Shown: positions 1 through 8,058 of the stretch, one piece after another
Layout of the letters: the number at the start of each line of letters is the position of its first letter
Numbering within the stretch: the stretch's first letter is position 1
Assembly: GCA_008369845.1 (NCBI GenBank)
Contig: MRSU01011003.1
Span: forward strand, 1 to 32,934
Reading direction: 5' to 3'
DNA: 32,934 nt
DNA from: Trichomonas gallinae
Taxonomy: Eukaryota
Translations under genes and position numbers: made by a program
Notes under the pieces: generated by a model
Seen by the model: only the letters and a program-made list of their open reading frames with translations
Database searches by the model: none
What the model was told of the DNA's origin: nothing

Positions 1-281
1 ATTTTTCACCCATTTATCGATGGTTAAAAATCGAAAAATGCAATTCATTTTATATTTATTATCTATATAACATAAAATCAATACATTTTAAAAGTGACAT
101 TTTGTTTGTTGCAATTTTCGCACGCCTACTCTTGTTTTGAGGCAAACTACGAGCACGTATTAAAATGGGGGCGACCCTTTAATCAATCCTCACAATTTCT
201 TTAAGTCATTTAATGAAAAGATATGATATTGCAAAAAAGAAATTAAAATTGAGATGTTTACAAATTTCGCAAAACTTTTCG

Positions 282-1541
282 ATGGCTCGTAACCTGATTT
301 CGGGCTGTCTTAAAGCTGTCCAAGACGGCGGCCCAATCGATGGTTTCGAAGTGGCAATGAGCACTGTTCTCGATGACTGTCTAGAAGATGATTTATTTTA
401 TCAACTTCCTTTATCAGTCATTGGAGAGGTCCTCGATATGACAGAAGAACCTATTCACGTAGAAAAAGCAATGAATTTACTTGATAGAGCCTACAAAACG
501 CAGGGCCCAAATGCAGTTTTATTATTACAATATATTCGAGCTGGCCCAATTAACTATGACGAAGCGCTTACTATACTATCACCACTTAGGACATTTGGCG
601 TGTTTGAGCCACTCTACGAAGAAGTTGATATTGAACAATTAAATGGTGCGCTTTCGGAGCGAGAGAAAGAGATTGAAGCTCTTAGAGAAGAGAACAAATA
701 CCTAAGAGAAGAAAATGCAAGAATGAAAATGGATTATTATTATCTAACCAAAGGAACTTTAGCCGAACAAAAGGCAAGAGAGCTTAAGAAGGCTGAAGCT
801 CGTATACAGCAGCTCAAAGAACTCTTCCAATTATCACAGAAAGGACAGCAAAGTAAGTTTTTACAAAATCTAAATATTATCGATGCCGTTAAAAGTGGAA
901 ATTTAGAGGCTGTTAAGATTCTTTGCTCTACAGACCTTACTAATCTCGAAGTCAGCGATGCTGAATATGAGTCTACACCATTGCATTGGGCAGCAGGCTG
1001 GGGATTCCTCGAAATCACTAATTATCTCATCACATGTGGTGCAGATTTACATATGCGCAATAAGAAAGGCTGCACGCCACTTCTTTGCGCGATTTACGAT
1101 AATCAGTTCCCAATCGTTCAGCTCTTACTTGAAAAAGGAGCTGATGTCAATGATTGCGATAATGAAGGTTTCTCTGCTATCCACATCGCTGCAGCAGGCG
1201 GTAATCTTGATCTTTTAAGATATTTGGTTACAAAAGGTGCAGATCTCGGTGCTTTAACAATAGATGGTGGCACTGCCCTGTGGGTTGCTGCTGCATCGGG
1301 AGATTATGGTGTTTTCGAATATTTGCTTCAAGGATGTAGAATTCCGATCAAGAAAGCTGCAAAAAGAGGAAATACTGTTTTCCATCAAGCTGCTTATGGT
1401 GGAAATCTTCAAATCATCAAATTCTGCTTCAAAGCAGGTTTAGATATTAATGCTAAAACGCAGGATGGAGAAACACCGCTGGCTCTCGCGAAGAACCAGA
1501 TTGTATACGAATACTTAGCTCAGAAAGGCGCGGTTTTGTAA
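282..1541 (+). CDS. Ankyrin repeat protein (N-terminal helical region, coiled coil, about 6 C-terminal ankyrin repeats)
   Basis: Repeated ankyrin motifs (STPLHWAA, GCTPLLCA, GFSAIHIAA, GGTALWVAA, GNTVFHQAA, GETPLALA; GADVN/GADL). The likely start is ATG 282 (MARNLIS); the ORF-track extension from 213 looks like AT-rich UTR. Confidence 0.93.
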   Translation: MARNLISGCLKAVQDGGPIDGFEVAMSTVLDDCLEDDLFYQLPLSVIGEVLDMTEEPIHVEKAMNLLDRAYKTQGPNAVLLLQYIRAGPINYDEALTILSPLRTFGVFEPLYEEVDIEQLNGALSEREKEIEALREENKYLREENARMKMDYYYLTKGTLAEQKARELKKAEARIQQLKELFQLSQKGQQSKFLQNLNIIDAVKSGNLEAVKILCSTDLTNLEVSDAEYESTPLHWAAGWGFLEITNYLITCGADLHMRNKKGCTPLLCAIYDNQFPIVQLLLEKGADVNDCDNEGFSAIHIAAAGGNLDLLRYLVTKGADLGALTIDGGTALWVAAASGDYGVFEYLLQGCRIPIKKAAKRGNTVFHQAAYGGNLQIIKFCFKAGLDINAKTQDGETPLALAKNQIVYEYLAQKGAVL

Positions 1542-1677
1542 TCAGATGCGAAATTGATTGTTATCATTTTCATTTTAGAGTGTACTTAGGAATAAATTGT
1601 ATAAATTACTGAAATATATGCATTTACGGTTAAATTACAAACAATCGAAATTAAATAAATTTCACAAACGAAAACAA

Positions 1678-2577
1678 TTACTCAAGAATGTCATCATTGT
1701 CAACACGTACCAAAGTAAAGTTGCGTTTCGATTCTGTCCAAGCAAATCCTTCAAGCATCTGATAATCAGTATCTTCAACAAAACTTGCAACAGCAATGAT
1801 TGGTGGGTGATAAGATGGAGTTACCATCATGAAAATATTTGATTCTGGATTAATATATCCGAATGCTTCGCAATAAATTTTTGCATTATGTCCATGGGAC
1901 CTAAAAACATGATTATTATATACATGGAATTGTGAAGAGTGCTTGAATGATCCAGCAAGTCCGAGTGTAATACCTGAATATTCTCCAGATAATTTTGAAT
2001 TTTCTGTATCAGGCTGATCTTTTGTATGGTCAATGAATATTTCTAATGTTATATTTGAATTCACGGCTGTTGAATGAAGAATTATTTTTGATGTTGTTAA
2101 ATCTTGGTCAATTGTACCAGTAAATTCATGTATGTAGCCATTTTCATCATATACTCTAGCTTTCGAAGACTTATTTATCGAACTGTATTCAATCCAAATT
2201 AAATTGCGTAAATCATCATATTCAAAGAAACCAATCATAGAATTATCAAGCATATGAAAATATCCTTGCGATTGAATACTTTTTGAATCTATTTGCAGTT
2301 TAATTTGCACGTTATTTATTTTTGAATATTGGTACGTTGGATTTATAGCAGCATTTTGAATAGAATATGGTGTATATTGGTCTTTACTTGTATTTGGTTG
2401 TTCAATAGAAGAAATTTGAACATTATTTGATTCCATTGGAATTTTTCTTGCCGATTTAGGTGGAATATTTGTAATCATGACTTCTATTCTATCACATAAA
2501 AGTGTTGCATTGATTTCTTTATCACCTTTATTAACAATATATCCAGATTTCACAAAAACATTCTCCATTTTTGACAT
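1678..2577 (-). CDS. Hypothetical protein (299 aa)
   Basis: Long ATG-initiated ORF divergent from the 2662 gene; no recognisable family motif. Confidence 0.75.
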   Translation of the reverse strand: MSKMENVFVKSGYIVNKGDKEINATLLCDRIEVMITNIPPKSARKIPMESNNVQISSIEQPNTSKDQYTPYSIQNAAINPTYQYSKINNVQIKLQIDSKSIQSQGYFHMLDNSMIGFFEYDDLRNLIWIEYSSINKSSKARVYDENGYIHEFTGTIDQDLTTSKIILHSTAVNSNITLEIFIDHTKDQPDTENSKLSGEYSGITLGLAGSFKHSSQFHVYNNHVFRSHGHNAKIYCEAFGYINPESNIFMMVTPSYHPPIIAVASFVEDTDYQMLEGFAWTESKRNFTLVRVDNDDILE

Positions 2578-2596
2578 TTTTATTTACTTCGAAACA

Positions 2597-2647
2597 TTTG
2601 AACTTTACATGTCATAAATTAAAATTTTGAACTTTACATGTCATAAA
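2597..2647. repeat. Tandem 22-bp direct repeat TTTGAACTTTACATGTCATAAA x2 in an 84-bp bidirectional promoter
   Basis: Identical copies at 2597-2618 and 2626-2647 (period 29). Confidence 0.9.
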
Positions 2648-2661
2648 ATCATTTTTAAAAA

Positions 2662-3789
2662 ATGAAGAAAATTTCAATAATGTTTATAGCAATCAACGCT
2701 TTTTTCTTCGTGTTAGTCATGATATTGACCAAAACAGGCTATATATCTCCGAATAGAGGCTATTTTCGCTCAAAATTCAACATTTATGAGCATAATCGAG
2801 TTCAAACAAAAAATATGACGCATTATACTCTTCCGCTATCGAAAATAAATGCATCTTTAGTCAATTCAACAAATTCTACGAATTTAACAAAATTTCATCG
2901 CGGAATTGTCAGTTGCGATCATTTTGAATCAGAAGTTTCGTGTGATGAACTGAAATATATTGAAAATATTTACAACAACACGCTTAACTCAACAAAATAT
3001 ATTTATCTCAATCCAAAACAGTCATTAACTAAACTTGTAGACACATTATCAACAGCATTCATCATTTCGATCATCACCAAGCGAAAGATCGTTTATACTA
3101 AACAATCTGATCCATTTATCAACATTCCAATCAAAAAACTTTCAAAAAAGCACGAAACGTTCTCATGGAGCAGTAAAATGACCTGCAACTACGAATATAT
3201 TATTAAATGCACAGATAAATCAATATATTTGAAAGGAAAATGGGATCCAACAGAATTATTGCTTGATCCATTTATTTTCTCGAGATTAACTCCTATAATG
3301 AGAACACACTACACATACTTCATGTTTAGATGCATGCTTAAGCATAAACAAATCAATTTGCCTGACTATCAGTTTAATATTGGAATTTCATTGCAATTTG
3401 ACCCAGATCCACTAAAATTCCTTAAGATTATCAAAAGGTTGACAGAAGGATACACAAATTGGACATTAAACATCTGGAATCCTCAAAGATTCGAAATATC
3501 TAGAGAATTACTAGAAAACGTCCATCAATTTACCGAGTTATCAGATTGCTTTTTCTTGCTTGCGGAAAGCGACGTGTTTCTTGGCTCCCTCGGATACAAA
3601 GAGTCCCATATATTAACGAAATACAGAGGAAGAGCAGGAAAATATATAAATCCACTAGATTCGAATTATATTGAAATGTCAAATAGCCAAGCTGGTGAGA
3701 TGTTTTTAACATCCAAGCCACCTTCTAAGCTTATGTGTCCAAATGGAGCAGAAGCTCTTCATTCATTTATATCATTTAATTATTATTAA
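2662..3789 (+). CDS. Type II membrane protein, putative divergent fucosyltransferase-like (GT11/GT23/GT37-like) glycosyltransferase
   Basis: N-terminal TM anchor and N-glycosylation-rich stem. Motif-like segments LVDTLSTAFIISIITKRKIVY, IGISLQF and DCFFLLAESDVFLGS. Inr TCATTT at 2649-2654. Confidence 0.6.
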   Translation: MKKISIMFIAINAFFFVLVMILTKTGYISPNRGYFRSKFNIYEHNRVQTKNMTHYTLPLSKINASLVNSTNSTNLTKFHRGIVSCDHFESEVSCDELKYIENIYNNTLNSTKYIYLNPKQSLTKLVDTLSTAFIISIITKRKIVYTKQSDPFINIPIKKLSKKHETFSWSSKMTCNYEYIIKCTDKSIYLKGKWDPTELLLDPFIFSRLTPIMRTHYTYFMFRCMLKHKQINLPDYQFNIGISLQFDPDPLKFLKIIKRLTEGYTNWTLNIWNPQRFEISRELLENVHQFTELSDCFFLLAESDVFLGSLGYKESHILTKYRGRAGKYINPLDSNYIEMSNSQAGEMFLTSKPPSKLMCPNGAEALHSFISFNYY

Positions 3790-4007
3790 TAAATTATTGT
3801 TTGTATTATTATCATTTCAACTATATTTAACCTCATATGATGTTCTATAATCCTTATATCTCAAAATAATACCACATAATTATTTCACAATTTATCATTT
3901 CATTATTTGTTAATAGTTAATGATTTCTGTAAATAATAAAAGAAAAGGGGAAGCATAAACATTTATATTACAGATATAACAAAAAACAAAACAAAAACAT
4001 AAAACGA

Positions 4008-4598
4008 TTAATTTCTTTTCTTGATTTCTGGGAAATATGGCTGAAGAGCGCGAGCTTTAACTCTTCTTACACGGCCTTGACGAGCTAACTCACGTTTAAG
4101 ATCTGTTAATTCTTTAATAACCATATTATATTTATCTTTATACATTTGATTCGCATCATTTGTTGTATATGGACGTGTTTGCTTTCCTTTCAATTGGTCC
4201 TTGAGTTCTTGAATAATTTCATCTTTTTCTTCTAAAATTGCTTCTTTCTCGCGTAAAGTAAATTCTAGCTCACTAATCTTTTTCTGTAGGCTATTTGCTT
4301 CTTCTAAAGCTTGTTTTCTCTGATCCATTTGAATTGTAAAATCCAAGGAAGGATCATCTTCGGCAAAACTGAAGTTGTGAAGGCCTGCCATTATAGAACT
4401 TGTTACTTCGATTGGTTGTGATTTCTTTGGTGCGAATGTATTTGTTGATTCTCTCGTTTGTGGTTTACCGCGATTTGATGATGGAAGGGAAATTGATTCA
4501 AATAAAACAGAATCACGTCCCTCAAGATCTTCAACGAGTGTATCGAATGTTTTTGGTGTTGGAGCTCTCACAAATTGATTATCATCTTCATACCACAT
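4008..4598 (-). CDS. Hypothetical coiled-coil protein
   Basis: 196-aa ORF with a C-terminal heptad E/K/L-rich region; four promoter motifs directly upstream. Confidence 0.8.
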   Translation of the reverse strand: MWYEDDNQFVRAPTPKTFDTLVEDLEGRDSVLFESISLPSSNRGKPQTRESTNTFAPKKSQPIEVTSSIMAGLHNFSFAEDDPSLDFTIQMDQRKQALEEANSLQKKISELEFTLREKEAILEEKDEIIQELKDQLKGKQTRPYTTNDANQMYKDKYNMVIKELTDLKRELARQGRVRRVKARALQPYFPEIKKRN

Positions 4599-4610
4599 TT
4601 TTTACGAATT

Positions 4611-4662
4611 GTCACTTTTATTTTGTCACGTTTATACTTTGTCACTTTTCGGATGTCACTTT
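4611..4662 (-). promoter_or_regulatory. Four tandem AAAGTGAC-type promoter motifs (resembling the Trichomonas M2 element)
   Basis: Plus-strand GTCACTTT at 4611, 4641 and 4655 and GTCACGTT at 4625, starting 13 bp upstream of the minus-strand ATG at 4598. Confidence 0.7.
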
Positions 4663-5167
4663 TATTAGTCCGTTATTTTCGTTTGATGCCACTTTTTGTG
4701 TGAGAAAATTATAAATTTGATCATGATTATATTGTATATAAAATGTTTATTTAACAAATTTCTGAGCAAAAGTGTTCGATTTTCACCTCTTTGACTATAA
4801 AACGTTCATTTAGCAGTTTATGTTGTTGCATCCTAATGGTTCTACGGGCATGGTGTCGTAGGACAAAACATGAGATCAGATATTTTTTACAAAAATTCAC
4901 TAAATTTCTCAAAAAGTTATAATTTTCCACTTTACCATTATAAAATAGGTTTTATGGCATATTTATGTATGATTTTCGTTCGCAATGAGATTTTCGGCCA
5001 ATTAAAAATTTAACGTCTTTTAGACTTTCTCTGACGAAAGAAAATTTATCAAAAAAAGCTTTTTAACCTTTATAGGGCCCGAAAATGGCATTGCTTTGCA
5101 TAAGACTTTTTCAATTCTTTTTCTTTTTGATTTTACAAAGCGGTTTCCGTCAAAAAGCGAAGGCATA

Positions 5168-5689
5168 ATGGGTTGTTTGCAATCTGAGCCAGAAACTATC
5201 CTTATTCTTGGTATAGGAGCTGCTGGTAAAACAACCATCCTCTTTCGTTTGAAAACAGGCCAAGTGCAAAATACACAACCAACTGTTGGATTTGTTGCTG
5301 AAAATATTACAATCGAAGGAAAAGAATATCTATTCTGGGATTTGGGTGGACAAGATAAAATGCGTCCATTGTGGAAGCACTATTTCGAAGGTTCATCTGG
5401 CGTTATTTTCGTAGTCGATTCCGCTGATACTTCTCAGTTCCAGACAGCAAAGGAACAAATTCATGAAGTTGCACACGCTGCACAGCTCAAAAAAGTTCCA
5501 ATTGCTGTTTTTGCAAACAAACAAGATATCGAAGGAGCCGCAAACGCAGAGCGCATAGCTGCCGTTCTCGAACTTCCTTTAATTGGAAGAGAGCGTTGTG
5601 AAATTTTCGAAACAAGTGCTCTTACTGGCCAAGGCTTAAATGAAGGCATGAAATGGCTTGTTCAGGCTATCGACAAAAGCAAGAAGTAA
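5168..5689 (+). CDS. ADP-ribosylation factor (Arf/Arl) family small GTPase
   Basis: G1 GIGAAGKTT, PTVGF, WDLGGQDKMRPLWKHYF, NKQD, TSALTG; N-terminus MGCLQS (myristoylation-type). The start is taken as ATG 5168, not TTG 5096. Confidence 0.95.
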   Translation: MGCLQSEPETILILGIGAAGKTTILFRLKTGQVQNTQPTVGFVAENITIEGKEYLFWDLGGQDKMRPLWKHYFEGSSGVIFVVDSADTSQFQTAKEQIHEVAHAAQLKKVPIAVFANKQDIEGAANAERIAAVLELPLIGRERCEIFETSALTGQGLNEGMKWLVQAIDKSKK

Positions 5690-6167
5690 TAATCGCCATT
5701 AAAATGTTAATATTTTGTATCAATAAAAACCTTTTTTACAAAATTTTACGACAAATAAAGAAATGACTTAATCAATTTCGTTTTGTTGGTATCAACACCC
5801 ATTGCAATGGTTTTGCTAATCAACATGGTCCTGAATATGCCGAGGCATAATCAAAACAAGATTTACGCCAATATTTATCAAAAATATCAAATCTTGAAAT
5901 ATAAAGAATATTCGCAAGACGGAAGGCGGCTACAAACATAAAACATGAATCGAAGAAGAAAATATAGTTTATACAAACAAAAAAAATATCAAACAGAAAT
6001 AATACGATTTCAAAGTTAGTAATAACAGTAAGAATAATTAGTATTCGTATAGAAATGACGATGTTATTGAGAAAACCTCTGAGATTCAAACCCTTAAAAT
6101 TATTCGAAATTTAAATATTCCATAAAAATATGAATTTGTACCATTAATTTGATCTATGTGCTTTGTT

Positions 6168-6443
6168 TTAGAACAATGTACCAATTAAGTTTAGCCCTTC
6201 GTAACTTGAAACAAAAGCCAATTTTGAAAAGTCAAAATTTCGTGTTTCATTACGTAAAATAACAAGTGCATCCTGTGAGCCCCTATATGCCCTTTTTTTT
6301 GAAACCGGTACGAAATCTGGATCATCGAAACCGAGATAAAGCTCGTCTTCTGGGAATTGCTGCCTCCTTTGGTAAAGCTCGCTTAAAAGGGATGAATCAC
6401 TAGAATAAATATTTTCAGTTTCTTTATTATCTAAATCCATCAT
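6168..6443 (-). CDS. Small hypothetical protein (91 aa)
   Basis: ATG ORF with AAAGTGAC (plus 6460-6467) and AAAGTGCC (6490-6497) motifs upstream in the sense orientation. Confidence 0.6.
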   Translation of the reverse strand: MMDLDNKETENIYSSDSSLLSELYQRRQQFPEDELYLGFDDPDFVPVSKKRAYRGSQDALVILRNETRNFDFSKLAFVSSYEGLNLIGTLF

Positions 6444-6568
6444 ATTTTTTTACAAAATTGTCACTTTTCGTTTCTAACGTCTGACATTTGGCACTTTACA
6501 AAGTCGGATTTTCTGTAAAAGTGGGTTATTTCATTAGATATGAACGAAAATAGACAGTCTATATGATT

Positions 6569-7075
6569 TTATTCACTCTGGAGTAATGAATACTCGGTAA
6601 CAATCAAACAATTTTTGTTATTATAGTAAAATGTGTGGAAAGGAGTGTATACGGCTATTCTTGATCCTTCAATGTCACCATAGTTCCCATTGAAGCGAAT
6701 TATTAAGTTGACACTTGATAAATCAAATTTGGATTGATTTTCGATATCGGATGATTCGAATATGCATGATAATATCTTTACATCATTACAATCCCATATT
6801 TCTAAGTCATCTCCTGCTTCTCCTTGAATTATAAAAGTTACGAATTCTTTTTTGAAATATTGCTCTGTGTCAACTTTTTCAATCTCATCGTCTGAAGAAG
6901 AAAGTATACTTGCATGTTCTAATTCTATTGAATCATTTATAAAGTCATTCGTTGCTCTAGCAGATACATTAGTGCTAATTTCTTCCTGTGTTTCGAAGAA
7001 ATCATTTGTGACTCCTTCTATTTCATCGGCTTCTTCTGATGAACTTTGGCTTTCAAATGGATCATCAATTATCAT
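6569..7075 (-). CDS. Acidic hypothetical protein
   Basis: The ORF likely starts at MIIDDPFESQ (7075), which avoids overlap with the upstream gene. D/E/S-rich N-terminus and beta-rich C-terminus. Confidence 0.7.
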   Translation of the reverse strand: MIIDDPFESQSSSEEADEIEGVTNDFFETQEEISTNVSARATNDFINDSIELEHASILSSSDDEIEKVDTEQYFKKEFVTFIIQGEAGDDLEIWDCNDVKILSCIFESSDIENQSKFDLSSVNLIIRFNGNYGDIEGSRIAVYTPFHTFYYNNKNCLIVTEYSLLQSE

Positions 7076-7136
7076 TATTTTTAAAAAACTGTCAAAGGGA
7101 ACTTCCTCGTTTTTGATAAGGTTATTTCGGTTAAGG

Positions 7137-7592
7137 TTAATTTTTAATTGCATTTTCCAAATGAAAATCAGGGAATAAGGAAATGAAGAACATCCAGAAT
7201 CCATCGATTATCTCCGTTATTGCGTGTGATTCCATGCATTTTCCTTGATAATAGGACGCCAATAAGATAATTAAAATAAAATGAGCTATAATGCCGTATA
7301 ATGTTTTCTTATAGAATATCGAAGCGATTAGTAATGCTTGGAAGATCCAAAACATGCGAATAAAGATTGGTTCAATTCTTGCAATAGAAACAGAATCGTA
7401 AATCATGGTTTCGTCATCTTTTAAGATCCTCCTTCCATTAGTTATTCTAATGTTAGTGTAATCTGATAATTCCGGTAAATTTTGTAGGGGTTGAATAAAA
7501 TCTGAGACAGAAATTGTGCAGGGCACATTATTAACTATAATTGGCTTATCCTCGTTTGGAATATGTATCTCAACGTCATGGAACTCACTCAT
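7137..7592 (-). CDS. Ubiquitin-like domain membrane protein (HERP-like architecture)
   Basis: N-terminal UBL-like segment (VEIHIP...ISVSDFI...IRITNGRRILKDDETM), two hydrophobic segments, C-terminal FWMFFISLFP motif; Inr TCATTT upstream. Confidence 0.6.
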   Translation of the reverse strand: MSEFHDVEIHIPNEDKPIIVNNVPCTISVSDFIQPLQNLPELSDYTNIRITNGRRILKDDETMIYDSVSIARIEPIFIRMFWIFQALLIASIFYKKTLYGIIAHFILIILLASYYQGKCMESHAITEIIDGFWMFFISLFPDFHLENAIKN

Positions 7593-7696
7593 AATGTTGA
7601 AAAATGAAGTCAATTTTTTTGAGTTTTTTGTTATTTTCTTAGTCGGCCAAAAAACCAATCAAACTGATTTATCTGTCAAATAATTGGATTTTACAT

Positions 7697-7798
7697 TGTC
7701 AGATTGTCAGATATTTGTATAGAAATTTACAAAAACACTACATGGTAATTTGGCGTGTAAAGCGTCAAAAAAAATTTCATACATCTGACAATCTGGCA
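7697..7798. repeat. Imperfect inverted repeat (about 100-bp hairpin)
   Basis: TGTCAGATTGTCAGAT (7697-7712) vs ATCTGACAATCTGGCA (7783-7798), 15/16 complementary; inner arms GTATAGAAATTT / AAATTTCATAC. Confidence 0.7.
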
Positions 7799-8058
7799 TT
7801 TGTGGATTTACAATATCAGATTTTCTATCAAGATGGATTATTCGAGTAGAAGCGTGTAATATTTCCATACTTTATTGAGTGACTTAGAATCGTTTTGTTT
7901 GCAAATTTTAAAATCATATTGTATATTCGTTTTATCTTTTAGTAGCTGATAAATTTGATTATTGTTTGATGAATTACTGATTTGCAAAAAAAAAAATCGT
8001 GTTTATTATAATCATAATAATTAAAACCATGTTGTATTAGCGATTGTTCATAGAGTGA

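Noticed and set aside
213..281. N-terminal extension of the ankyrin ORF
   Set aside because: AT-rich and UTR-like; ATG 282 is more plausible, though this is not proven.
5820..6089. 89-aa hydrophobic ORF
   Set aside because: TTG start, F/I-rich from AT bias, and the nearest upstream ATG (6123) hits a stop after 7 codons. A decayed gene cannot be excluded.
7076..7204. Apparent overlap between two minus-strand genes
   Set aside because: Disappears if the downstream gene starts at ATG 7075.
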